Shown: piece by piece, positions 26,425 through 35,379 of the stretch
How the letters are laid out: each line of letters opens with the position of its first letter
Position numbering within the stretch: the first letter of the stretch is position 1
NCBI GenBank assembly: GCA_903851445.1
Contig: CAINOH010000009.1
Location: forward strand, 23,908 to 87,907
Direction: 5' to 3'
Source: an uncultured Candidatus Micrarchaeota archaeon
GTDB lineage: Archaea; Micrarchaeota; Micrarchaeia; Norongarragalinales; CAINOH01
DNA length: 64,000 nt
Notes under the pieces: generated by a model
Databases searched by the model: none
Told to the model about the DNA's origin: nothing
What the model saw: only the letters and a program-made list of their open reading frames with translations
Program-made: the position numbers and the translations under genes

Positions 26425-27477
26425 ATGAGGGTAATGCATTTCGACGAGGCCGAGGGTTCGCTCAAGGCAGAGGCCCGGAACCTTGAGGACCTGTGGTACC
26501 TCTCGATGATAATCACGCCGGGCGCAAAGGTAGCCGGCCGCTCTTTCCGCAGGTTCGCAACAGCGGCCGAGGGCGAGCGCGCAAAGTCAGGGGAGAAGAA
26601 GCCCATCCACGCGGTGATTTCAGCCGAGCAGGTCGAGTTCTCGGAGTCGGCAAACCGGCTGCGCGTCACCGGGAAGATAATCAGTGGCGAGCCTGCGGAG
26701 TTCGTGCAGGCAGGCGCATACCACACGCTGGACGTCGAAGTTGGGAGCGTAATCACGGTTTCCAAGCAAATGACCGCATTTGACCGCGAGATGGTCGACG
26801 AGGCTCGAAAGAGCGCCAAGGCAATCAAGGCGGCAATCCTTGCGCTTGACGACCGCAAGGCCACGTTCAGCGTAATCACCAACTCGGGAATAAAGCACAA
26901 GATGGAGATAGAGAGCGGCGCAAGCAAGCGCGACCTCAAGGGCTTCGACGAGGCAAAGAAGGGCTTCTTTTTCGAGCTTTACACGCTCCTCTCGCAGTCG
27001 GAGTGCGAGGCGCTGATTGTGGCTGGGCCGGGCTTTGCAAAGGATGACTTCGCAAAATACGTCAAGGAAAGGGACGGCAAGCTGTTCTCGAAAATCCGCA
27101 TCGAGCACGCGAGCACCGCGGAGCGCAACGCAGCATCCGAGCTCCTCAAGCGAGGCGCGATAAGCAGGATAATGGAGTCGCAAAAAATGCAGGAAGAGTT
27201 CGACGTGCTGGAGGCGCTCAAGAAGTCCGTTGCAAGGGACGACGGCTACTCGGTTTATGGGCCAAAGGAAGTTGAAAAGGCCGTTGAATCCGGAGCAGTC
27301 TCGGAATTGCTCGTGCTCGACGAAGTTGCGCGAAAGGACGCAAAGGCCCAGAAGATGATACGCACGGTGCGCAGCTCGGGCGGGAAGATAGTCATATTCA
27401 ACTCGCAGGACGATGCTGGAGCCGAGTTTCGGAATTTCGGGATTGCGGCGAGGCTGCGCTACAAGACCAACTACTGA
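26425..27477 (+). CDS. pelA: Pelota (Dom34 homolog), mRNA surveillance/ribosome rescue factor
   Basis: N-terminus MRVMHFDEAEGSLKAEARNLEDLWYLSMIITPGAKVAG matches the Pelota N-domain; eRF1-like domains 2 and 3 follow. Confidence 0.88.
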   Translation: MRVMHFDEAEGSLKAEARNLEDLWYLSMIITPGAKVAGRSFRRFATAAEGERAKSGEKKPIHAVISAEQVEFSESANRLRVTGKIISGEPAEFVQAGAYHTLDVEVGSVITVSKQMTAFDREMVDEARKSAKAIKAAILALDDRKATFSVITNSGIKHKMEIESGASKRDLKGFDEAKKGFFFELYTLLSQSECEALIVAGPGFAKDDFAKYVKERDGKLFSKIRIEHASTAERNAASELLKRGAISRIMESQKMQEEFDVLEALKKSVARDDGYSVYGPKEVEKAVESGAVSELLVLDEVARKDAKAQKMIRTVRSSGGKIVIFNSQDDAGAEFRNFGIAARLRYKTNY

Positions 27478-27513
27478 TGGCTGCCGGACGCTTTTCCTTG
27501 CCCTCTGCTTCCA

Positions 27514-29580
27514 CTAATTTTTCTGCCTGAAAAAGTCAAGGTACGGGTCAACAAACTGCGACCATAATTGCGCGGGGTTCTTCACCGGAACTGGCTCCTT
27601 GTCAAGCGCGAACAGCTCGGGACAATACCCGATTGCAGACTCCGAGAATTCCTGCTCAAGCGACGACGCAAGAAGCTGCTCCGCAAGGTCGGCCCGGTCG
27701 CACAACAGTAGGAATTTGTACAGGTAGGGGTTGTCGCGCGGCCAGCACACGTGGCCGTGGTACTGCGCATCACCCTCAAACTCATCCTCAAAGCCGGCTC
27801 CTGCGCGCACGGGGATGCCGAACGCCTTGCCGTTGCGGTACACCAGGTTCTGCTGCACCCGCTCGAACGCCCGTGAAAAGTCGGCTTTCCGGAAAAGGTG
27901 GGAAACGAGCGAGTACGCGACAACCGAAGCGCTCGAGAACGAGGAGTCGCGGAGCGAAAACGGGTCCTCGCAGTTTGCGGTGTGCGCAAGGAAGCCGTCG
28001 TGGAAGAATACCTCGTGGAAGTTGCGCTGCGAGACCTTGTAAAGCCAGTCGAGCTCGTTCCTCCTCGGGAGCGAAAGCCGCGACGCGTGGCGAAGAAGGG
28101 AAATCCAGAGCGCGTTGATTTCAACAAGAAAGTATCTTGCTGCTGCGGCCTTGGCTTGTTCAGCAGGCGTAGTGCCTAACCATTCCTGCGGGATGCGACG
28201 CGGGATTAGGATCTCCTCGCCGCCGACATCAATTTTTTTGCACGAGTCCATCCAGGAATAGTTTGCGGGGCAGGACAGCAGGCCATAGTCAAGCACAACC
28301 GCGTGCTTTTTGCTTGCGGCCTGCGAAAGGAATTTCTTGAGCGCGTGCGAAACCGCCTTTGCAACCTCCGCGTCTGCAGAGAACTCGTAATACTTGCACC
28401 CGCAGAGCATGCACAACAGTGTGGAGTCAAGGCCGTTGCTTGCCCTGTCGCCGTTCACGCCGACCCGCGTCGGGATAAGCCCCGCGTCGTCCTGCATTGA
28501 AAGCCCGGAGAGGATCAGGCTGCGGGCCTTGCCTGGCTCGCAGCGGAAGAAGAAGTCAAAATTCGAGTACAATGCCTCGAAGCAGTCGCGCAGCCAGAGC
28601 TGGCGGAACCACATCGAACCCGCGTCAAACCCGGCCACGCCCGAGGATTCAAAGTCGAAGTTGTGGGCAATCCCGTAGAGCCGCCATTCAAGCCTGTTGG
28701 CCTCCTTTTCCCCCCACAATTTCCTTGCAGCCAGGAGCTCCGAGGAAAACTTTGTTGCGATTGCGTCAAGATAGGCGGGGTTTGCCGATGCCGCAACCGT
28801 CGGCTGGCTTGCTGGCTTGTCGCCAAAAAAGGCGGTTGCGATAAGAATTGCGTTTCGCTCCTTCGTTGCCACCTCGATTTCGCCGGCTATCCTTGATGTC
28901 GCCCTTGCGGGCCTGGGAACCGTGCCGGAGGCATCTTTTCTTCGCTCGCCAAAGCCGAGCTTGCAGTCCCACTGCTGGAGGATATCAAGCGGGGTGGCGC
29001 GGACTGCGGTATCGGAACAAACCTCGACTGATGCTCCGGCCGAAGTGCACAGCAGGGATTTTTTTTCTGTTGCGACTGCGGAGATGTCCTTGGCGCAATC
29101 AGGAGAGGGGAACGGCGAAAGGCTGATTAGCGGCCGCACGATTATGCGGGTGCTGTCAGCGACAGCACCGCTCGCATCAATGGAAAAATGCGTGACCAGG
29201 GCTGGTTGCGGGCCGTGTGAAAGCGAATAAGTGACGATGAGTACGCCGGAACTGGATTGCGAAGAGAAGGCATAGGAGTATTTTGCGCTCCAGGGGGTTA
29301 TGGAGACTCCTTTTGGCGAAAGCTCAATGGGGTTTCCGGCAGCGTCCGAAACGCCGATTGCGTAGGCGTCAAGAATCTTGTACTGGCGCTCGGAAAGGAA
29401 CACGCTGAAGCCTTCGCACAAGAAGTCGCGGTTGGGGCAGTAAAGGTTCCCAAGCTTTGCTGAAAATGCGGACCAGCAGGCTTCCGAGGACTTGTTCCGT
29501 ATGAGGGTGCGGGCAGTGCGAAAGGGGTTTTCACTGTCCTCGCCGCAGGAAAGTTCCTCTACAAGATGCTCGTGGCGCAA
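27514..29580 (-). CDS. Six-hairpin glycoside hydrolase, amylo-alpha-1,6-glucosidase (GDE_C)-like; candidate glycogen debranching enzyme
   Basis: 688 aa. Central ...GFDAGSMWFRQLWLRDCFEAL... resembles the GDE_C/GH133 entry motif. Operon context with GH57 and glycogen synthase. The family call is tentative. Confidence 0.5.
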   Translation of the reverse strand: MRHEHLVEELSCGEDSENPFRTARTLIRNKSSEACWSAFSAKLGNLYCPNRDFLCEGFSVFLSERQYKILDAYAIGVSDAAGNPIELSPKGVSITPWSAKYSYAFSSQSSSGVLIVTYSLSHGPQPALVTHFSIDASGAVADSTRIIVRPLISLSPFPSPDCAKDISAVATEKKSLLCTSAGASVEVCSDTAVRATPLDILQQWDCKLGFGERRKDASGTVPRPARATSRIAGEIEVATKERNAILIATAFFGDKPASQPTVAASANPAYLDAIATKFSSELLAARKLWGEKEANRLEWRLYGIAHNFDFESSGVAGFDAGSMWFRQLWLRDCFEALYSNFDFFFRCEPGKARSLILSGLSMQDDAGLIPTRVGVNGDRASNGLDSTLLCMLCGCKYYEFSADAEVAKAVSHALKKFLSQAASKKHAVVLDYGLLSCPANYSWMDSCKKIDVGGEEILIPRRIPQEWLGTTPAEQAKAAAARYFLVEINALWISLLRHASRLSLPRRNELDWLYKVSQRNFHEVFFHDGFLAHTANCEDPFSLRDSSFSSASVVAYSLVSHLFRKADFSRAFERVQQNLVYRNGKAFGIPVRAGAGFEDEFEGDAQYHGHVCWPRDNPYLYKFLLLCDRADLAEQLLASSLEQEFSESAIGYCPELFALDKEPVPVKNPAQLWSQFVDPYLDFFRQKN

Positions 29581-29586
29581 CTTGCA

Positions 29587-29802
29587 TCATCCGGTTATCT
29601 TGAATCGGAAGAAAAGCGGCCGGTCGCCGAGAATCTCTATCTTGTTCTCCCTCGCAAGCCAGCCCAGCGCCGCGTAAAGCTCGGAATCCGAAAGCTTGGT
29701 GGTGCGCTTGAGCTGCGCAATGTTCTGCGGACCTTGCTTGGATAACACGACCCACACTACGCCGGCCTTGCAGCCGAAATACTCCTCTACTTTCACAGTC
29801 AT
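29587..29802 (-). CDS. Small (72 aa) winged-helix-like protein embedded in the glycogen operon
   Basis: MTVKVEEYFGCKAGVVWVVLSKQGPQNIAQLKRTTKLSDSELYAALGWLARENKIEILGDRPLFFRFKITG has a helix-turn-helix-wing pattern. The internal ATG is chosen over the track ORF from 29880. Confidence 0.35.
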   Translation of the reverse strand: MTVKVEEYFGCKAGVVWVVLSKQGPQNIAQLKRTTKLSDSELYAALGWLARENKIEILGDRPLFFRFKITG

Positions 29803-29813
29803 TTTATCCCCCT

Positions 29814-31394
29814 CTACCCCTTTCTGTAAATTTCGGCGTGCCGCGAATAGTTGCGGCCTGCACGCCTGTAGCACTCGCAAATCCGGAGCACGGTATAGTG
29901 CCAGTCAAAATACGGCGACTGCACGCGCTCTGCCGCGCCTTTTGAAATCCTTGCTCGGAGCGCGCCGTCAGAGCACGCCATGGATATGATTCTTGCAAGG
30001 TGGTCCGGCCGAAGCTCGAACTGCGCAGCCATCGGCGCCTTGAACCCGTTCACGCCGTTGCGGATGACCTCGTTCATGCCGCCGTTCGCACCCACTATCG
30101 CAACTGGGCCGGCGGTGCCGTTCTCCTCGCATGCAAGGTCAGCTGCAAGCGCTTCCAACGTGACGAGGCCGAACGGCTCGTAAAGCGAAGGCAGCGCGAC
30201 CACGTCAGCTGCGCATAGCAGCGAGCGCTTTGCGGAGTCTGAAAGCCAGCCGTTGTGCACTGCCACGCTTGATTCAAGACGCAAGCTACGGATGCGGGTC
30301 ATCAATGCATCGTAATCCCCGCCAGACATGTTGCTTGATATCACAAGGCCTATGTCCTTGCCTCGGAGCTGCGCCATTGCGGCTAGGAGCTCATCAATTC
30401 CCTTCCTGCGCTCGGGCCGGCCCAGGAACAGCACGTAGCCCTTCTTTTGGAATATGCCGCGGAGCATCTCGCGGCCCTTGAAGATGTCAGCTATGTGGAC
30501 GTTGCGCCACGGTTCGAGGATGATTCCATTCGGTATTCCCGCGCAATACTCGCTGACCATTTCCAGGCTGTCAGACTCCAAGAGGAGGAACTCCTCGAAC
30601 TTTTCGTCGCGCTCCTCCTGCAAGGCAAGCCAGCCCAGAGGCATCCTCGGCGCGAGTTCCGAGCAGATTTGCCGCTTGCGTGCTGCGAGGTTGTAAAGCT
30701 CGAACTTCGTCTCCGAAATCGAGACGCCCTGTATGAAGTCCGCTGTTGCAAGCGCGGAGGCCTCGATGTCAAGCGGCGCGGAAACCGCGTCAGGTTTGCC
30801 CATCGCGCGGCCGTATTCGCCCGAGTGGAACCGGCATAACAGCGGCCGTGCAAGCTTCTCGCGGCACAAGAACCCTGCTGGGAATGCGAGCCAGTCCTGG
30901 CTGTCAATCACGCCGATGTTTGCGTTGAGCTTTCGCTGCATGAAGTCGGCGACTGTTGGCGCGTATTTCCAGAAGGCGCTTAGCGTGCGGTAGTAGGCGT
31001 CCCTAGATGCGCGCTCGGAGCGTATGCGGAATTTTTCGTAAAGCTCGCCGTGGAAGGAATTGCACTCCTCAACAGGCATCCGGGCGTCTAGGAAATAGCA
31101 CGTGACCCCGCCGCGCTCGGCCTTGTAGATTGAAAGCTGTGGGTAAGCGGTGGTCAGCTCGGAGAACTTCTGCGCAGGCACGAGGTCGGAAAGTGGCGCG
31201 GCTGGGTCGTGCATCGCAAGCACTATGGGCTCGTACTCGGTCTTTCCCTGTTCGTGCGCCTCTTTCCAGGATGCCAATAGCTCGGTCGCAAAGCGCGACA
31301 GCCCGCCAACAGGCCGCTCAAGCTCGGTAATCAAGAAGAGAGCCGCCTTGCTTTCGCGCTCCGGCCTTGCCTTTTGGCTTTTGTGTTCGGTCAT
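29814..31394 (-). CDS. Glycosyltransferase (GT4/GT5-like, glycogen-synthase-related) with an extended N-terminal domain
   Basis: N-terminal ELERPVGGLSRFATEL (GGL motif); C-terminal Rossmann half with LYEPFGLVTLEALA (E-x7-E-like). Confidence 0.65.
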   Translation of the reverse strand: MTEHKSQKARPERESKAALFLITELERPVGGLSRFATELLASWKEAHEQGKTEYEPIVLAMHDPAAPLSDLVPAQKFSELTTAYPQLSIYKAERGGVTCYFLDARMPVEECNSFHGELYEKFRIRSERASRDAYYRTLSAFWKYAPTVADFMQRKLNANIGVIDSQDWLAFPAGFLCREKLARPLLCRFHSGEYGRAMGKPDAVSAPLDIEASALATADFIQGVSISETKFELYNLAARKRQICSELAPRMPLGWLALQEERDEKFEEFLLLESDSLEMVSEYCAGIPNGIILEPWRNVHIADIFKGREMLRGIFQKKGYVLFLGRPERRKGIDELLAAMAQLRGKDIGLVISSNMSGGDYDALMTRIRSLRLESSVAVHNGWLSDSAKRSLLCAADVVALPSLYEPFGLVTLEALAADLACEENGTAGPVAIVGANGGMNEVIRNGVNGFKAPMAAQFELRPDHLARIISMACSDGALRARISKGAAERVQSPYFDWHYTVLRICECYRRAGRNYSRHAEIYRKG

Positions 31395-32662
31395 GCCAAC
31401 AACTTCTCCTTTTCAATAGGGGCTGACTCGCTGTCAGCAACTTTTTCGACTTTTGCGATTTTGCCATCCACTTGCTCTTTGAAGTCCGTGATTATGTTCA
31501 TGAAGCTGATGAAATTGTCATAGGGCCCCGAGTCCTTGTATGGCGAGAAGTAGTCGTGCACCTCCCGGTCGGACATTCCCTTGGTGGAAAGGTACATGAG
31601 GTGGTCGGAAGTCTGCAGCTGCCTGTAGGTTTCCCACAATTGCACGTCGTTTGCCTTCCGAAGTTTGGGAAGGAGCGCCTCCAGTTCCGAGAAGCAGGCG
31701 CGCTGTATGCGGTTGCCAAGCCAGGCGCTCGTGTTGCGCTCCGCGTCCGCCCACGATATTTCGCTTGGGACGCTGATTGCGTCGCAGGGCTCGAAACTTT
31801 CCGCCGCCTCGGTTACTGTTGAGAAGGACAGGCCGGGATGGCGGTGCACCTCTGCAGGCAGGTGCGAAAGGAAATCTAGTATTCCTGTATCCTTCCAGTG
31901 GTGCTCGCCGAAAGTCTCGTAGTCCATGAACAGGTTGATTACCTGGCCGGGGGTTGCGGAAAGCCAGGTTGCGTACTTGTCAGCTGTGAGCGGCCACTCC
32001 TTCCACGATTTTGCCGAGAAGCGGAATCCGACGTCATCCGAGAGCTTGTAATTGCGCATGAGCAGCTTGAGCCTTGAACAGCCTTGCGGCCTGTAGACGT
32101 AGTTCGGCGACCTCCAGCCCAGGATGCGTTCGACACCCTCGGTGATGATTGCCTTGTACCCGAGGCCCTCGACAACTTGCGCAATGCGGTCGGAATAAAT
32201 CGCCTCGGTATTGCGGAAACTCTTTGGCGCAACTCCCAACAGGTCGCGGACGAGCTGGTTGTGTATCTGCACCTGTTCTTTGAACTCGGACAGATCCGAG
32301 TACAGCGAAGAGAGTGAATGGTAATACGTCTCGTCAAGGACGTCGACCCTTCCGGTTGCGCAAAGGTTGCGGAACGACTCAACTACTTCTGGCCGGTACT
32401 TCCTTGCCTGCATCAGGAGCGTTCCTGTGATGCTGAGCGAGAACCTGAACTTCCCGCGGTTGTCATCAAGCAATTGCTGCAGAATCCTGTTTGCGGGAAG
32501 GTAGCACTGGTCAGCAGCCTTGTTGAAGTAGTGCTCGTTCATCCTGTTGTCAAAGTAGCGCGACTCAAGGCTCGCGCCGTCGCCGCTCCCAATCCCGAAG
32601 TAGGAGAACCGTGAAAGCCGGACGGGCTGGTGCACGTGGAAGCACAGGCAGACTTTGGGCAT
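31391..32662 (-). CDS. Glycoside hydrolase family 57 (alpha-amylase/4-alpha-glucanotransferase/branching-enzyme family)
   Basis: N-terminal CLCFHVHQPVRL (GH57 HxHQP motif); 423 aa. ATGA overlap with the downstream GT. Confidence 0.8.
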   Translation of the reverse strand: MPKVCLCFHVHQPVRLSRFSYFGIGSGDGASLESRYFDNRMNEHYFNKAADQCYLPANRILQQLLDDNRGKFRFSLSITGTLLMQARKYRPEVVESFRNLCATGRVDVLDETYYHSLSSLYSDLSEFKEQVQIHNQLVRDLLGVAPKSFRNTEAIYSDRIAQVVEGLGYKAIITEGVERILGWRSPNYVYRPQGCSRLKLLMRNYKLSDDVGFRFSAKSWKEWPLTADKYATWLSATPGQVINLFMDYETFGEHHWKDTGILDFLSHLPAEVHRHPGLSFSTVTEAAESFEPCDAISVPSEISWADAERNTSAWLGNRIQRACFSELEALLPKLRKANDVQLWETYRQLQTSDHLMYLSTKGMSDREVHDYFSPYKDSGPYDNFISFMNIITDFKEQVDGKIAKVEKVADSESAPIEKEKLLA

Positions 32663-33943
32663 CTAAATCATCGTTATTGCGGCCTTGGCCGCAAGCCTTG
32701 TTCTGATTGCCTTGTCGTAAACTCCGATTGTTTGTCTCGCCACCTCGTCCCAGGTTATGGACTCGGTTTCGGCAATAGAATTTTCGCGCAACTCCTCGTA
32801 AAGCGGGCGATAGGAAAGGACTGCGAGGATTTTCGAGGCCATCTCGTCGGTGTCCCAAAAATCTACTGTCAGGCAGTTCTTGACCCGTTCGCTTACCCCG
32901 GAGGTCTTGGACACTATGGTTGGAGTGCCGCTTGCCATCGACTCCAGAGCAACTATCCCGAAGGGCTCGGATATGCTTGGGAACACGAGGACGTCGCTCG
33001 TGCAGAGGATGCGCTTGAGCTGGTCGTCGGACACGTAACCGAGGAACATTACGTTCTGGCTTATCCCAAGGTCAAACGCCATCTCAACAAGCCTTGGGAG
33101 CATATCGCCCTTTCCGCTCACCAGGAACTTTACGTTGCGGTCCCTGGAGAGCACCTTCTGCGCAGCACGCAGGAAATATTCCACGCCCTTCTGCACCGAA
33201 AGCCTGCCGTGGTAGAGCACCACCTTGGTTCGTTTTCCAGAGGCGTCCTGCATGGCCTCCTTGTACTTTGGGAACTTTGAGGAATCTATTGCGTTGTAGA
33301 TTACACTGACATTGCGTTCGGCCGCGCCGAACTTGTCGAGCAGCAGCTGGGCGCTCCTTTTGCTTACCGTGATTATCTGGTCGGACTGCTGCATCATTTC
33401 CCTTTCAACTTCCAGAATCCATTCAAAGGGCCACAAGTCCGCTGTGCGGTCGTATTCGGTGCTGTGGACTGTTGACACGAGCGGGAGGCCGGTGCTGTGC
33501 CTTAGGGCAATGCCCGCTTTTGCTGAAAGCCAGTCGTGCACGTGCACCACGTCATAATGCCGTTCAGCGTGCTTTTTTTGCACGAGGAGCCGGGCAAGGT
33601 GATTGTAGGCGGCCACTGCCTCGAAGAACCCGAGGTCGTCGGCCTTGGACTGACCGGGCATTTGCAAAAGCCCGGCAATCCCGCTTGCGTGGAATCGGGC
33701 TTGGGTCGGGGAGCTGCCGTAGCAGCCATAGGTTGTTGGCGCCAGGCCAAGTTGCAGTTCGTGCGGGTCGAGCAAAACCCAATCCGTCTGGTAAATGTTG
33801 AGCCAATGCTCGTGGATATCGTAACTTGTCTTTGGCATGAAAAAGTCAATTTCGACCCCGCGGTTGGCAAGTGCCCGCGTCAGTTCGTAGCAGTGCGTGC
33901 CAAGGCCGCCGCTGATAAAAGGCGGGAATTCCCAGCCAAGCAT
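32663..33943 (-). CDS. Glycogen synthase-like glycosyltransferase
   Basis: MLGWEFPPFISGGLGTHCYELTRALANRGVEIDFFMP matches the archaeal GlgA N-terminus. C-terminal ISEPFGIVALESMASG. An alternative start at 34033 would add 30 aa. Confidence 0.7.
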   Translation of the reverse strand: MLGWEFPPFISGGLGTHCYELTRALANRGVEIDFFMPKTSYDIHEHWLNIYQTDWVLLDPHELQLGLAPTTYGCYGSSPTQARFHASGIAGLLQMPGQSKADDLGFFEAVAAYNHLARLLVQKKHAERHYDVVHVHDWLSAKAGIALRHSTGLPLVSTVHSTEYDRTADLWPFEWILEVEREMMQQSDQIITVSKRSAQLLLDKFGAAERNVSVIYNAIDSSKFPKYKEAMQDASGKRTKVVLYHGRLSVQKGVEYFLRAAQKVLSRDRNVKFLVSGKGDMLPRLVEMAFDLGISQNVMFLGYVSDDQLKRILCTSDVLVFPSISEPFGIVALESMASGTPTIVSKTSGVSERVKNCLTVDFWDTDEMASKILAVLSYRPLYEELRENSIAETESITWDEVARQTIGVYDKAIRTRLAAKAAITMI

Positions 33944-34343
33944 TGCAACACGAAGACTTCTCGTCACGCGACCACGATTGGGAAAATTGCGTATGAAGCC
34001 GGCTATGGGCCAAAACAAACCCGCGCCAACCACTTACCCAAAACGCCAACAAGCGGCGGGTAACTCCCCAAGCAGATGGGTGCTTTTGGGACTTAAAAAG
34101 GTGATGAAAACAACAAAAAACAGGGAGTGATTTCTTTGGAAAAAAGCGTCTTGTGTGAAAAAAAAGGCATACTAAAGCCTATTTTCTAAAAAGGAGGATA
34201 ATTAGACGTCTATTTTGTAAAAATAGGCAGGAAATAAGAAAACAAAAAAATACTGGAAGTGTGGTTTGCAAGGAGCATAATGCGCCGGATTGACAAATAG
34301 ACGAAAAATAATGCTTTTCTAGGCAAAACGAGTAAGAAAAACA

Positions 34344-35345
34344 CTATTTCTTTCCAATCAAGGACATTTGAGCCAGTAATGCTTCAAGTTGGATGGTTTC
34401 GTCTGCGCCCATGACCATGCGGAAGTCGTATTCGCCAATCTTGTCAACCAGCGCGACCTTCTGCTCGTCAGGGATTGACAGGCCGGTGACTTCACGGTAA
34501 ATGGAAATCAGGACGTCCTCTCCTGCCAGGCCGTACTTGCCCATTATTTCCCAAAGCATCTTTCGCGCTGAAGAAAAGTCGCCCTTGACTGCGGTTGTGA
34601 CCATAATGGCGACTTCCTTTGGGGTTGCGCGCGAAGCGACCTTGAAAATTGACTGCGCGGTGACTTTTGCGGAAAGAGAGCAAGCGCCTTGGAGGACGTT
34701 GGCTGCCTTCCGGGCGTCGCCTTCGGAAACTGCTACAACGGCATCCCTGACGTCCTTTTCCAGGTGCAGGTTCTCGTGCTTTGCGATGTTGTCGACAATC
34801 TTGCCTATGTGCTCGTCGGACAGCGCAAGGAAGCGGAATACCGCGCACCTGCTCTGGATTGGCTCGATTACCCTGCTTGAATAGTTGCAGCTTAGGATGA
34901 AGCGCGTGTTCTCCGAATAGCGCTCCATTGTGCGGCGCAGCGCCTGCTGGGCCTCTGCAGTAAGGGCATCTGCCTCGTCCAGGAAGATTATCTTGAACGG
35001 CACCGAGGCAAGGGGAATGGAACGGGCGAAGTCCTTGATTTTTCCGCGCACGATGTCGATTCCCCGCTCGTCGCTTGCATTAAGCTCAAGGAAACACTCG
35101 CGATACGCCTCGCCGTAAAGCTCGTGGGCAAGCGCAAGCACGCAGGTGGTCTTTCCTATGCCTGCTCGGCCTGCAAAGAGCATATGCGGCATCTCCTTTG
35201 CCGCAACGTACGCCTCGAGCCTGCTTACTATGTGTTCTTGGCCTACGACTTCGGAGAGCTTTTTCGGCCGGTACTTCTCAATCCACGGCTCGTAATCCGC
35301 CTTGGACCTTTCCTTCCTGGCCGGTTCGGCTTCCTTGAGGGTCAT
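34344..35345 (-). CDS. rfcS: Replication factor C small subunit
   Basis: Walker A GRAGIGKTTCVLALAHELYG, RFC box ELNASDERGIDIVR, DEAD-like FLDEADALT, SRC motif ILSCNYSSRVIEPIQSRCAVFRF. Confidence 0.9.
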   Translation of the reverse strand: MTLKEAEPARKERSKADYEPWIEKYRPKKLSEVVGQEHIVSRLEAYVAAKEMPHMLFAGRAGIGKTTCVLALAHELYGEAYRECFLELNASDERGIDIVRGKIKDFARSIPLASVPFKIIFLDEADALTAEAQQALRRTMERYSENTRFILSCNYSSRVIEPIQSRCAVFRFLALSDEHIGKIVDNIAKHENLHLEKDVRDAVVAVSEGDARKAANVLQGACSLSAKVTAQSIFKVASRATPKEVAIMVTTAVKGDFSSARKMLWEIMGKYGLAGEDVLISIYREVTGLSIPDEQKVALVDKIGEYDFRMVMGADETIQLEALLAQMSLIGKK

Positions 35346-35379
35346 ATTCCTTGCACCGCAATAAACGTAAAATCAGATA

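Noticed and set aside
27582-28844. Cluster of Arg/Ser/Thr-rich ORFs on both strands (for example 27633..28118, 28497..28844)
   Set aside because: They overlap the GDE-like hydrolase and have extreme Arg/Ser/Pro bias typical of out-of-frame GC-rich sequence.
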